The translations under genes were made by a program, and so were the position numbers. This document shows positions 33,498-44,665 of a stretch of 64,000 nt of DNA, in pieces. Every line of letters begins with the position of its first letter. The stretch's first letter is position 1. Origin of the DNA: TPA_inf: Saccharomyces (lineage: Eukaryota); the NCBI GenBank assembly GCA_000146045.2, contig BK006947.3, forward strand, positions 256,001 to 320,000, given 5' to 3'. The notes beneath the pieces were generated by a model. The model made no database searches. It was not told where the DNA came from and saw only the letters and a program-made list of their open reading frames with translations.

Positions 33498-35876
33498 ATG
33501 ACCACTCAAGAATCGATCAAACCTTTGGTAGATAGAATCCTATCAAATCCCCTGCAGTTCAATGCTGCAATGATCTCTAACAAATCGAATAATAATGATA
33601 CTTCCGCCGCGCCGGAAAATAGCTCGTATATTGTGATAGGAAAACAGCATAATAACAATAGTAATAGCACAGCTATTGCTGCAACGGCCGAATCCAAGCA
33701 AATAAAAGAAAATAACTTGATAGACAGGCCAAACGGAAAGAAAACCAACACTGTTCCTAAATCTATGGCTGAAGCTTTATTGTTGTATACTTCTAAAAAT
33801 GATAAAGATGCTGCAGATGCTACTGGTGCCAAGAAGTCAGCGGAGCTTTCTACGGAGCTTTCTACGGAGCCTCCTTCCTCTTCTTCGGAAGATGACAAAG
33901 TAGGAAAAGAGGAAGAGGAAGAGGGTGAAATATTTCATGAGGCAAGAGACTATGTAGAACCCCGAAAAGCTAGTTTGAAGGAACGCGACAACGCAGATAA
34001 GGGCGATGGTGAAGACATCGGCGAAGACATCGGTGAAGACATCGGTGAAGACATCGGTGAAGACATTGGTGAAGACATTGGTGAAAACTTGGGTTCTCCA
34101 TTAGCAACCATTGATGATTCATCTAATGAGAATGAAAAGGAAAAAAGAAAGGAACTGTCTACAAGCATTAGCAGTGATGACGAAATAGAAGACGACGAGG
34201 ATGAGGATGACATGGATTATGATTCTAGTGCTATGGAAAAAGAGCTCCCTGAAGAAGAGGAGAACGATTCCAGCTCCAAAATTTCTGAAGGCGAAAAAAA
34301 GAGTTTATATCAAGATTTAATGGAAAATAGTACAGTGGAAGTAAATCGGTACGAACCAGTAAACAACACCAAAGAAAATGGAAACAGGAATCCAAAGGGA
34401 GAGGAGGAGGAAGAAGAGGAAGAAGAGCTGAAACATAAATCTAGGTCAATCACCCCTCCGGTTACAATATCAAATCTATCAAACTTTTACCAATTCAATG
34501 AAAATATCAATGATCGTGGTTCTTTAAACTCTACTAGAATTGTTAAAAATTGGGGCGACAAATTCACCAATTTGAAGCCTCGTGGCCTTTTGAATCATGG
34601 TGTTACTTGTTACACAAATGCTGCTGTACAGGCTATGTTACACATTCCTTCGATACAACATTATCTTTTTGATATACTAATGGGGAAATACGATAGCACC
34701 ATCTCAAAAAATTCCGTTTCCTATACTTTAGCTGAAACAAGTAAAAAAATGTGGTTACCGGTCTCAAAAAACCCTAGAAAGAACGTTTCAGCTTCCTACA
34801 TTAATCCAAAACATTTGATTTCCAGATTGGATGACATTAATTGTATGATGAGCGAATGGCAGCAGGAAGATTCACATGAGTACTTCATGTCTCTGATGTC
34901 AAGATTACAGGAAGATTCTGTTCCCAAGGGTCATAAACTTATAGAATCGATAATATATGACATATTCGGTGGTCTTTTAAAGCAGATCGTTACTTGCAAA
35001 TCTTGTGGCAGTATATCTAAAACAGAACAACCATTTTACGATTTATCGTTGCACTTGAAAGGGAAGAAAAAACTTGATCCAAATTCTGACCTGTCGAGTG
35101 ATAGCATTAACGGCACTTCAGCCACCACTTCTACCACTACCTCCAATGCTGCCACAAAACCATCTCTTTCATCCTCTTCATCTGTCAATTTAAACAATGG
35201 CTCACCATTTGCCGCTGCCAGTGATTTAAGTTCAGCCAACCGCAGATTTTCTATTGAAAAATCAATTAAAGATTTCTTCAATCCCGAATTAATCAAGGTT
35301 GACAAGGAGCAAAAGGGTTACGTTTGTGAGAAGTGTCACAAGACCACGAACGCCGTGAAGCATAGTTCAATATTAAGGGCTCCTGAAACTTTACTTGTGC
35401 ATCTGAAAAAATTCAGATTCAATGGCACGTCCTCATCAAAAATGAAGCAAGCTGTTTCTTATCCTATGTTTTTAGATTTGACGGAATATTGTGAGAGTAA
35501 AGAGCTACCTGTCAAATACCAACTATTAAGCGTGGTGGTTCATGAGGGCCGCTCCCTTTCTTCAGGTCACTACATTGCCCACTGCAAGCAACCAGACGGT
35601 AGCTGGGCCACTTACGACGACGAGTATATTAATATAATATCTGAAAGGGACGTTTTAAAGGAACCCAACGCATATTATCTCCTATACACGAGGCTAACTC
35701 CAAAATCGGTTCCATTGCCATTGGCGAAATCTGCCATGGCCACTGGTAATGTTACCTCTAAATCCAAACAGGAACAGGCTGTTAACGAACCAAATAACCG
35801 CCCATTGAAGATTAATAGCAAGAAAAATAACAGAAAAAAATGGAAAAAAAATAAAAAAAGGAAGTTCACCAAATGA
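33498..35876 (+). CDS. UBP10: Ubp10/Dot4, ubiquitin-specific protease (H2B deubiquitinase), YNL186W, 792 aa
   Basis: ATG at 33498 and exactly 792 aa. It has the USP Cys box GLLNHGVTCYTNAAVQAML and His box HYIAHCK...GSWATYDDEY, plus an acidic N-terminal region containing a (GEDI)x6 repeat. Confidence 0.9.
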   Translation: MTTQESIKPLVDRILSNPLQFNAAMISNKSNNNDTSAAPENSSYIVIGKQHNNNSNSTAIAATAESKQIKENNLIDRPNGKKTNTVPKSMAEALLLYTSKNDKDAADATGAKKSAELSTELSTEPPSSSSEDDKVGKEEEEEGEIFHEARDYVEPRKASLKERDNADKGDGEDIGEDIGEDIGEDIGEDIGEDIGENLGSPLATIDDSSNENEKEKRKELSTSISSDDEIEDDEDEDDMDYDSSAMEKELPEEEENDSSSKISEGEKKSLYQDLMENSTVEVNRYEPVNNTKENGNRNPKGEEEEEEEEELKHKSRSITPPVTISNLSNFYQFNENINDRGSLNSTRIVKNWGDKFTNLKPRGLLNHGVTCYTNAAVQAMLHIPSIQHYLFDILMGKYDSTISKNSVSYTLAETSKKMWLPVSKNPRKNVSASYINPKHLISRLDDINCMMSEWQQEDSHEYFMSLMSRLQEDSVPKGHKLIESIIYDIFGGLLKQIVTCKSCGSISKTEQPFYDLSLHLKGKKKLDPNSDLSSDSINGTSATTSTTTSNAATKPSLSSSSSVNLNNGSPFAAASDLSSANRRFSIEKSIKDFFNPELIKVDKEQKGYVCEKCHKTTNAVKHSSILRAPETLLVHLKKFRFNGTSSSKMKQAVSYPMFLDLTEYCESKELPVKYQLLSVVVHEGRSLSSGHYIAHCKQPDGSWATYDDEYINIISERDVLKEPNAYYLLYTRLTPKSVPLPLAKSAMATGNVTSKSKQEQAVNEPNNRPLKINSKKNNRKKWKKNKKRKFTK
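34008..34091 (+). repeat. Intragenic 12-bp tandem repeat (GGTGAAGACATC)x6 plus a degenerate 7th copy inside UBP10, encoding (GEDI)n
   Basis: Seen directly in the sequence; the copies differ only at C/T wobble positions. A separate 12-bp duplication GGAGCTTTCTAC x2 (ELST) lies at 33842-33865. Confidence 0.9.
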
Positions 35877-36192
35877 AAAAACTCGATATTCCTGGATTTT
35901 CCTCTTTTCATAGGCATTTTTATTAGCATTTCATTTTTATTATACCAAATCAATATATACATATAAATATCCGGTCTTTATTGACTTATAAAACAACTCT
36001 CAGTATACAGAGTTGGAGAAGCGTTTACTCAGAATAGCTTCAGTACTACCGAGCTTTGCTAACATAACGGGAGAAAGAGAATTTAAAACTTATATACATA
36101 TTTACAGAATAGATCAGTAGAAAGAAGAAGGAAGGTCTGTTGAAAATTTCTCGAAATTGACGGTACTTTTTTGTCTTTTCACTACTTACAGA

Positions 36193-36669
36193 TCAAGGTA
36201 CAACCTTAATACCCATACTTTTTGCAACGCCAACTATTGATTTAACAATACCTTCCATCTCCAATAAACTATGCCTTTCATCACTCTTTTTTATCTTGGC
36301 TATTTCGTAAACGTGCTTCAGCGATAACTCTCCTAAAGCACGGGTTGGTCCCTTGGCAGGTGCACTGCCTAACATTGTCCCCACATTCGGTTGTCCATGT
36401 CCCTTGTCCATTTTAAGAGCTTTTAGCAGCAAATATCCGGTTGGTGGAGATTTCATTTCAAACGTAAATGTTCTATCAGGTTTTATTGTGATTAATACTG
36501 GAACCGGTACACCTGGCTGATAGTTTGCTGATCTTGCATTAAATTCCTTACAAAAGTCAATGGCTTTTATACCCTTGGAGCCCAATGCGGGCCCCACGGG
36601 AGGTGATGGTGCCGCTTGGCCTGCTCCTACTATTAGCTTTACTATCACGTTTTTTGCTGCCTGTGACAT
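36193..36669 (-). CDS. MRPL19: Mrpl19, mitochondrial ribosomal protein of the uL11 family (YNL185C), 158 aa
   Basis: ATG at 36667-36669 and 158 aa. The uL11 signature [35 protein letters not shown] is present. Confidence 0.88.
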
Positions 36670-36883
36670 TATGGAGACTAATAGTTCCTCTATGGTATTC
36701 GAGAGTTCGAAAGTACAACAAACAGAAATAAATACAGAAGGTTACGCTGTCGATTTGAATGTTCACGCTTTTTTTCCTTCTTATGAGTTGTAGATTTACT
36801 GCACTTTCTAAAGCTTCTTTGCTGTGAAATTTTAGAAAAGGGAATTGTCGCCTTGGTAAGACAATTAATGTTACCCGCTTCAT
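36557..36883 (-). CDS. Short ORF (108 aa) overlapping the MRPL19 5' end; corresponds to dubious YNL184C and is probably non-coding
   Basis: Open frame only. Confidence 0.12.
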
Positions 36884-37136
36884 TATTATTAATTAGTGGC
36901 GCGATATTTTAACGAACTTTTCCATTAATTATTATCATACTAAGCTTTTACATTTTTCTGATAAAATAGTAGATTATGAACAGGAGGTCAATCTATTTAG
37001 GCTTCTATAGAACGGTAAAATATGAAATTAGTTTAACAGAAGTAAATATGACATTGTATTTTAACATATACTCAAATAGGATAAAAAAAGGTTATATACA
37101 AATGCTTGGAAAAGAAATAAAAGTGGGGACGCTTAT

Positions 37137-39509
37137 TTATTGATTATTTTGCTTTTTCTTTTTCTTTTCTAGGCCTGCAATATGTGCTTCACTTTGATCC
37201 ACTTGTGTGTGATGATGGTCTTCTCCTCTAACCACTTTGAACGATAATCCATCTTCAACCAAGTGGCACATATCAATGCTACGGATCCAAGGATCTTCCA
37301 TGATTTCTTCGATATTTCCTCTGCATGCGGGCGCCAAATCAATCATACGTCCAACAATATGCTGAGTCTCTTCTGGTAATGAGTGCAACAATCTTTGTGG
37401 CCCGATATTAACATTATTAGGATCTGATACATTATTGGAAGAGCTTTCGGGTTTTTTCTTTTCTGTTGAGTGCGATTCATCGTAGGAAGGTGGATCAGGA
37501 GTTCTTGTAACCAAGCTACTTAAGGAGTCGCAATCACGTCCGGAACAAAATAGTTTGAATGAATTGTCCCTTAATTTCGGAATTTTCCATGGAAATTTCT
37601 TCAGTATCATACATGCAAAAATGATTGCAGAAGACCAAATATCTACGGGACGTGGGTCATACTTCGCAAATATACAGACTTCAGGTGCTAAATATGGATC
37701 ACTTCCAACAATTCCACTTGCTTCCACAAGATTTTTTGAGAATGGATATGAAAATACCACAGCAGCACCAAAATCGATTAATTTTACAATACCTTTTTCG
37801 TTTATAACACAATTATCTAGCTTTAGATCTCTATGAGCTAAGCCGATACTATGCAAATATTGTACACCAGTAAGTATTTGTTTGAAGCAACAACAAATCT
37901 CTTCATAGGACATTTTATTACTCATTACAATAGCAAATAAATCGTATTCACAATATTCCATAACTTGGAGAATTCTATCATTTTCATACACGATTTCAAT
38001 TGTTTCAATGATATTGGGATGATTCAAAGTTGTACCAATACAGTATTCTGATGTAATTTTCTTGACATAATCTCTTTTGGATTCATTTTCAAATTTAGTT
38101 CTAAACTCCTTCACTGCAAATATTTTGTTATCTGAAATTCTTTGAGCTAATTTGACAGAACCTCCTGCTCCAGCGCCTAAATCGGCACCGGTTTTGATGT
38201 ACCTTTTTGAGAACGGAATTCCTGAACCGCCGTGACTATGAGAATAAATAGTATCTCCATTTCCGTTATAACTAGTGGAATATGAGTTATTCCCTGCGGC
38301 AAAATGAGACGATGAATGAGAGTGTGACGGAACGGCAATTCCGCTAGAAAGAGGTGATCCGTTCGGGATCACGTTGTTACTATTCGAGGAAAGGTTACTG
38401 TTAGAACTTTTTTTGAAGAACCTCTTTAAATCACCGATGGAAGAATGTTGTGACCTTGGAACACTTTGACTTGGAGGTAAGTGGTCATGTACAGATGAGG
38501 GGGAACCGTAAAAGTTATCAGTATAGGAACCAGTTGGCTGTCTTGATGCAGAATATATGCTGCTTTGTCTTGCGCGGATAGGCTTCGGGATAGGCGTCGA
38601 ACCATTGGTAACATTGGGATTCTTAATGTTTGGAGAAGGACCATTGGAATTGGCAGAAAAAGACATGCCTGCAGAGTTAGAATTTGAAGATTCTTTTGAG
38701 TTTTTGGAAAAGAAAAAATTCCCAAGCTGTGAAGAGAATGAACCTGAACGGGATATAGATCTTGATTGAGTGGCATTTGCATTATTACTATCCATCGATG
38801 CTTTTTGGAGTTTTTGTTTGGAGATAACAAAACGTGGTTCCACGCTATCTACTTTTGGGGAGGATATAACATTTGAATCGATTGCAGAAATATTATTGGG
38901 CATACCGCCTGCATATGTTTCGAGCCACGAAGAAGACAAAGAGGAGCTGTTGCTATTCGAGCTATTGTTATCTTTGTTAGAATTTGGCACGGAGTAAGGT
39001 ATACTTGATGATAAAGAAGGAATGGCCCTTCCTGAAGTATGTGACGTGGTAGATAATCTACTTGTGATTCTGTTCTGTGCAGCAAAAGAACCACCATGTG
39101 AGGAAAGTCCTGCAGTACCTTGATCGTTTATTAAGGATCCAAATCTATCTCTACTTTGTGCACTTGTGCCGTAGAATGATGCAGTGTGAGCAAAGTTTGC
39201 ATTAAGGAAGCTGGAGGAAAACTGATTCCTATCGTCGAGAGAGGAACCGGCTGTTGATGATGAATCTTCCTCTGAGTATATTTGAGTAACAGTTGTGACA
39301 CTGCCAGGAACTGGCACGTTAGCCCTATTACGATCACTACTGCTGCTATTACTCACGCTACCAATATGACTACTACTCTTATTCCTAGAGTGAAGGTCAA
39401 GCGATTGTGACTCGGGCGTCGTGGTCAACGTATCAGCAGAAGTTCTCGGTGATGAGTTCGAAGTTTCATTTTTTCGTTTTTCCTGTAGCAATCGAGTTAA
39501 TGAAGACAT
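37137..39509 (-). CDS. NPR1: Npr1, Ser/Thr protein kinase regulating nitrogen-permease trafficking (YNL183C), 790 aa
   Basis: ATG at 39507-39509 and exactly 790 aa. It has a long Ser-rich N-terminal region and a C-terminal kinase domain (GAGAGGSVKLAQ..., HRDLKLDNCV, DFGAA, SDPYLAPE). Confidence 0.9.
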   Translation of the reverse strand: MSSLTRLLQEKRKNETSNSSPRTSADTLTTTPESQSLDLHSRNKSSSHIGSVSNSSSSDRNRANVPVPGSVTTVTQIYSEEDSSSTAGSSLDDRNQFSSSFLNANFAHTASFYGTSAQSRDRFGSLINDQGTAGLSSHGGSFAAQNRITSRLSTTSHTSGRAIPSLSSSIPYSVPNSNKDNNSSNSNSSSLSSSWLETYAGGMPNNISAIDSNVISSPKVDSVEPRFVISKQKLQKASMDSNNANATQSRSISRSGSFSSQLGNFFFSKNSKESSNSNSAGMSFSANSNGPSPNIKNPNVTNGSTPIPKPIRARQSSIYSASRQPTGSYTDNFYGSPSSVHDHLPPSQSVPRSQHSSIGDLKRFFKKSSNSNLSSNSNNVIPNGSPLSSGIAVPSHSHSSSHFAAGNNSYSTSYNGNGDTIYSHSHGGSGIPFSKRYIKTGADLGAGAGGSVKLAQRISDNKIFAVKEFRTKFENESKRDYVKKITSEYCIGTTLNHPNIIETIEIVYENDRILQVMEYCEYDLFAIVMSNKMSYEEICCCFKQILTGVQYLHSIGLAHRDLKLDNCVINEKGIVKLIDFGAAVVFSYPFSKNLVEASGIVGSDPYLAPEVCIFAKYDPRPVDIWSSAIIFACMILKKFPWKIPKLRDNSFKLFCSGRDCDSLSSLVTRTPDPPSYDESHSTEKKKPESSSNNVSDPNNVNIGPQRLLHSLPEETQHIVGRMIDLAPACRGNIEEIMEDPWIRSIDMCHLVEDGLSFKVVRGEDHHHTQVDQSEAHIAGLEKKKKKQNNQ

Positions 39510-39959
39510 AATGTTTCGTAGAGCTTTCCTTTTTTGTTTGAATGGGTATGAGCTGTTGGAAAATCAGAAATAGGAAAGAGTTAGACAAAAGTATTAATGA
39601 GTTCTGGTACAAGCCAACTAGTTTGTATGGGGTTGAAAATGACGCAAAGGAACGAGAACTCCTGTTTATTATTCTTTCAATAACAAAAGCAAGATTTTTA
39701 GTCACTGCCGATTGTTGCCACTAGGTACGCCACTGACTAATCCGTACTAACTCTATACAACTAAAGGCGGCCCATATTCTGAGATAAGCTATAAGGGTAG
39801 GAATTGTGGGATGCGTCATTGATAACGAAAAAATTCCGTAATAGATGATCAGTCAGATTGAGAATGAGATGTTTCGCACAAGTGATGAATTATATCTATC
39901 TATGCTGTATATTTTAATAACATTCCTATTTTATTGTACAAAATGCGCGACTATTCCGT

Positions 39960-41627
39960 TTATTGCTTGTCAAGCATCTGTTGGTGTTCCTCGTACAGCT
40001 TTTCGTGCATGTCACGTAACTCCTTGTAGGCATGAGTTAATGCTTCTATGTTGGTCTTAAGTTCTGTAATTTCCTCATCTTTAGCGGCATTGCTGTCTAA
40101 AGATGAAGTGGCGTCGATTTTATTGTCAATCACTTTTACATTGCTTGACACCTTACCGATATGTGAAAATATCGATTCTTGCGTTTTGACCTGCTCCAAA
40201 TAGGCATTAAAGTCGTTAAGTGGTAATGCGAGGTTAGGATCTGTCTCTGCTTCTGGTTCTCCTATCTGATACCAAATATCGTGTAAATGGCCTTTGTTTT
40301 TACCATCAAAGATAACTCTTTGTAAGTTTGGTATCTTCATAAAATTGTGACCATTATTATTACTAGGTTGTTTGCCTTTGGATTCTCCTTCAAAAAGTAA
40401 ATTTCCACGTTCGAGTCTGTAAGGGTTGGTTAAGAGATTGGTCACTTCTCCAACTGAATCCTGTGATGTAGTTAAAGTTTGGATAGTTCTAATGATTTGT
40501 TTTGAGTAAATTTCCGCAATAGAAACTTTCCCCTCCGTATCACCGATCAATAATAATGTACCATCCATTGATATTTCTAGGCATGACACATTTGAATTTA
40601 GGACATTCTCACAGACAAGTTGGCCCATTGCATATAGTGCATCCAAATCTTCATTTTCGCCGCCAGTTAGTGAGTTACGTTGCACTAGGGAAAAAACCCT
40701 ACCTTTTTGAACTGTGTTTACTCCGGCGGACTGTAGCAGATTAACGATAGCATTACCCTTTAGTTTATAAAATAAATTCAATGAAAAACAACCTTCCGCA
40801 GTACCAATATAGCATGCTCTGTCAGCAGGATCCAGTACAATGGATTTGATAGAATAAGGAGTTGTAAATGTCGCAAGCAATACTGGGGTCTTACCAATAC
40901 TAACGTCATTTTCGTTTGCCTTCTGCTTCTTTTTGCTGCCTATTAAACTCAAATCATAGCATCTAATGGTAGCATCTTGAGATACTGTGAAGAGTTTCGT
41001 ATCAGTACATGATAAAAATTTTCCTTGACTAGAAGAAACTTGGAAATCTGTCACGGGTAGAGTATGATCGTGAAGGATACATAAAGGCTTAGGATCATCA
41101 TTGGACGCTGATACCAAGTCAACAGTTTGCCATATAATAACTCTCGAATCGTTACCAGAAGTAATAATATACTTGCCGTTTAAAATGGACTTAATCTTGG
41201 TGATACTTTGGTAATGAGCCATAGGCTTCACGTTCAATAAAATCCCTGAATTTAACTCCCATATGTACAATTTACCCGATTCGGTGGAGCCAAGTAAAAG
41301 GTACGGAAGATTGAAGTCTGGTAAATTATGATTGACACCTTGAATTCTATCATACTGCACACCATCATTTTCAACTACTTCCAGACATTTTAGGATTTCA
41401 GGTAATGGTAAGCGCTGTTCAACAGATTCTCTTTTGAAAGAACCTGACAGATTGTAGACATTGATTAATGCTTTTTGTGCTTGAGCAATAAAAAGGTATT
41501 TATTTCCTACTTGAACACAGCTATTTCTTGATTGAGTGGAGCATTGCCTCAAATTTATCTGTTCAAATGAGTGTACAGAAGCTATTGTTCCTGAGGTATT
41601 TGTTGTAAAAATAACTTGCTCATCCAT
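39960..41627 (-). CDS. IPI3: Ipi3, WD40 subunit of the Rix1-Ipi1-Ipi3 pre-60S processing complex (YNL182C), 555 aa
   Basis: It is exactly 555 aa and starts [15 protein letters not shown]-repeat features are present ([16 protein letters not shown]; [11 protein letters not shown]). Confidence 0.85.
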
Positions 41628-42334
41628 TTTATCGTCCCTTGAAAGATCCTGTTTTATGAATATTGAACAATCAATCTTAACGCATATGCCCTTGTCAGAG
41701 CCGTCCTTCGAATAAGCATATTTGGAATGGGCATCGATTTAAAATTTTCATTTAGTGGGATGTAAAAAAAAATTTTAGTTCGCGCGTACAGTTTTTCAAC
41801 ATTTGCCATATGATGTAGAATGGCGCTATCAAATCATCACTCTTATTACAGGTGAATCGCGCGCTAACACTTCAATTACAGACACATACTCCTGAATGGG
41901 TGCTTTCAAATCCCCTCTCCCCCAAGATCAAGTCCTATTTCAACTTCTCCTCTCAAAAACCCTCTATGTGACGCTGTGTATTCTTTGTTGTAGTTATGCT
42001 CCACGATACAGTGGCTGCTCATGAGCTTTCCTAGGAGCTCAGCACGTAAATGTATAGCGTACATGCTATAAGCGTGGCAGTTATTATAATAGTTCACACG
42101 GTATCTTACCGTATTAATTTATCAAAGTTTGCAGTTATCCATTCTGTGCCCGCGTTTCTTTTCAGTTTATAGACGCGATCGAATGTGCCTTAAAAATTTG
42201 GAAGAAGAGAGAGAAGGATGCATAAGTAATAGAACATTACGAGAAAATAGTTTACAGAAACAACTGGCTGCCCTGAAAGGCTTTTTTGGAGAGGAACAGA
42301 AACAAAGAACAAAAATTTTTAGAAAAAAAAAGAA

Positions 42335-43558
42335 ATGCCTTTGAATATTATTGGGACGGCTCTCCTAGACGGGACTGACAAGATTCCTTACTATCAAACA
42401 ATCAAAAAGGTGGCACCTTATGTGCTAGCGACTGGTGCCATTAAATATTGGTCGAGAGGGCCATCAAATACATGGGAAAGAAAGTTGCACGGTAAAGTTT
42501 ACTTGGTTACTGGCGCTACCTCTCAAGGAATGGGAACATCCGTGGCTTATAAAATGGCAGAGTTAGGTGCACAATTAATCATCTTGACTAGGGAAGTAGA
42601 TGAATGGGTTACTGAATGGTGCGAAGAATTACGTGAAAAGACAAAGAACGAGTTGATTTTTGTAGAAAAATGTGATTTGAGCAATTTGTGGGAGATTCGT
42701 AAGTTTGCCACAAGTTGGTTAGACAATTCGCCACCTAGAAGATTAGATGGCGTTATTGTCATGTCCGGTGATATGGAACCATGGGGTATCCCGAAAATAT
42801 CTTTGCCACAGAGGAGATCATCTAAGGATGGGCTGGAATTGCAAATTGCTACAAACTATGTAGCAATTTTCCATCTTTTAAACTTATTACAGCCTAGTTT
42901 CAAGGCTCAACCGCCTGATAGAGATGTAAGAATAATTCTTGCCACCTGCTGGTTACAAGTTGTTGGTGATATTAATATAGAAGATCCGTTGTGGCAAAAT
43001 GCCAAATACAAAAGCGCCTTGAAGTTTTTCGCAAGCAGCAAGCTACAATTGGGATTGAGTATGATGGAATTGCAAAGAAGACTTACCGAAGACATAAAAA
43101 ACCAAAAGACGAATGGCGCTGAAAGAACAGGAAAAAATGTTACCATTACTATGGTTCAACCTGGAACTATGAGATCAAATAGCCTACGCCGCGTCATTAG
43201 TAATGGTTCGGTGGTATTGTTAATAATACTTTACTGTATTCTGTTGTACCCCATATTGTGGCTGTTTACCAAGAGTGGTCGTCGTGGTGATCAAAGTTTC
43301 TTGTACGCTTTAATGACACCGGAATTGGAGGAAGTAAACTTAAAAGACACGAAGGTTAAGTATATCTCAGACTGTTCAATTGTGAAATTTGCTCGTAAAG
43401 AATTTGATGACGAGGAATTACAGAAGAAACTATTTGATAATACGGAAAGAGATATTTTACAATTGGAAAAGAAAGTCGCGGCAAAGAGAAATGCCAATAA
43501 GACCGGGAATCAAAATTCTAAAAAGAAGAGTCAGAACAAGAGTAGAAAAGATGATTAG
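42335..43558 (+). CDS. YNL181W (Pbr1), putative ER-associated short-chain dehydrogenase/reductase, essential, 407 aa
   Basis: ATG at 42335 and exactly 407 aa. It has the SDR Rossmann motif VYLVTGATSQGMG and a hydrophobic segment (VVLLIILYCILLYPILWLF). Confidence 0.8.
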   Translation: MPLNIIGTALLDGTDKIPYYQTIKKVAPYVLATGAIKYWSRGPSNTWERKLHGKVYLVTGATSQGMGTSVAYKMAELGAQLIILTREVDEWVTEWCEELREKTKNELIFVEKCDLSNLWEIRKFATSWLDNSPPRRLDGVIVMSGDMEPWGIPKISLPQRRSSKDGLELQIATNYVAIFHLLNLLQPSFKAQPPDRDVRIILATCWLQVVGDINIEDPLWQNAKYKSALKFFASSKLQLGLSMMELQRRLTEDIKNQKTNGAERTGKNVTITMVQPGTMRSNSLRRVISNGSVVLLIILYCILLYPILWLFTKSGRRGDQSFLYALMTPELEEVNLKDTKVKYISDCSIVKFARKEFDDEELQKKLFDNTERDILQLEKKVAAKRNANKTGNQNSKKKSQNKSRKDD

Positions 43559-43653
43559 AAATGAGAACGTAAATATATGTGTAGATTTCTTTTTTTCTTA
43601 TTTATGATATCGGTATATGTAATTATTTATTTACTTTTTCTGCCTCCTTGATA

Positions 43654-44649
43654 TTAAAGTATTACACACTTTGACTTCTTTTTCTTCTTGTCGTTTCTCG
43701 TCTTTGGTTTAGCTTGCTTGTTGTGATGATTATTTGAGGCAATTTTACTACCTTTGCTTTTTGATTGCTCGTGAATTTTGTCTTTTTGTCCCTTTTTTGT
43801 GGGTTTGATATTGAGAGCTTCCTTCTCCTGCTGTAAGCTTCCTTTCGGAAGAGTACTATCTGTACTATTATTATGGTGTGGTTGCTGTTTTTGTTCTCGA
43901 ATATTTTTATCTCCATTGGTGTTGGTTGTTGCAGTCGTTAATTCATCAGTTAGAGTATGATTTGCTGATTTTTGGTTAGGGGATTCTGGTTCGTAGATAG
44001 CGTACCTCACCGCCTGTTCAAAGACTTCCCGGACACCTGCTTGGGTAGCAGCTGAACATTCGGTATAGCCCATAAACCCACATCTTTGTACGAGTTCATC
44101 TATTTCCTCTTGAGACACGTAATCGGAGTTTGCTTCCTGCAATTTTTTCTGAGTTGCCGGATCATCTCTTAGGTCACTTTTGGTGCCTACCAATAGAATT
44201 GGATACTTCCCTAATTTAGTATAAAGAGAGGTACCTTCAATATTGGAAGTCTGCTTCAGTTCAGGTAGCCATTTTTCTGTGACATTGGCAAAACTAGCAT
44301 GTTCGCTTACTGAGAAACATATTAAAAAAATATCTGTTTGGGGATAACATAACGGTCTTAAACGATCGTAATCTTCCTGTCCTGCAGTGTCCCATAAATT
44401 GATTTTATATAGTTTTCTGTCCGTACTTGGTGAAGAACTGGCAGATGAAAGTGAACCTCTTTTATCATTACCATTGTCAAGCTCTAGGGGGCTACTCGCA
44501 GTTCCGTTCGGGATAGCTATCGTAGTAGAATAATTATCAAAAACCGTTGGAACATAGTCTGTTGGGAACGAATTGGTAGTATATGATATTAGAAGTGACG
44601 TTTTACCTACTGCACCATCACCAATTATCACACATTTAATAGACCTCAT
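43654..44649 (-). CDS. RHO5: Rho5, Rho-family small GTPase (YNL180C), 331 aa
   Basis: ATG at 44647-44649 and exactly 331 aa. It has the P-loop GDGAVGKTSL, DTAGQE and TKSDL motifs, a long insert before a polybasic stretch KTRNDKKKKKSK, and the C-terminal CAAX box CVIL. Confidence 0.9.
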   Translation of the reverse strand: MRSIKCVIIGDGAVGKTSLLISYTTNSFPTDYVPTVFDNYSTTIAIPNGTASSPLELDNGNDKRGSLSSASSSPSTDRKLYKINLWDTAGQEDYDRLRPLCYPQTDIFLICFSVSEHASFANVTEKWLPELKQTSNIEGTSLYTKLGKYPILLVGTKSDLRDDPATQKKLQEANSDYVSQEEIDELVQRCGFMGYTECSAATQAGVREVFEQAVRYAIYEPESPNQKSANHTLTDELTTATTNTNGDKNIREQKQQPHHNNSTDSTLPKGSLQQEKEALNIKPTKKGQKDKIHEQSKSKGSKIASNNHHNKQAKPKTRNDKKKKKSKCVIL

Positions 44650-44665
44650 CAGACTTATTAGTATA

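Noticed and set aside
33950-34213. Minus-strand ORF with an (SPMS)n repeat
   Set aside because: It is antisense to the UBP10 (GEDI)n 12-bp repeat and is a repeat-induced artefact.
39745-39751. TACTAAC branch-point heptamer in the NPR1/IPI3 spacer
   Set aside because: There is no GTATGT 5' splice site upstream in any coding context, and none of the genes here, including RPS3, is known to be spliced. It is a chance occurrence in AT-rich DNA.
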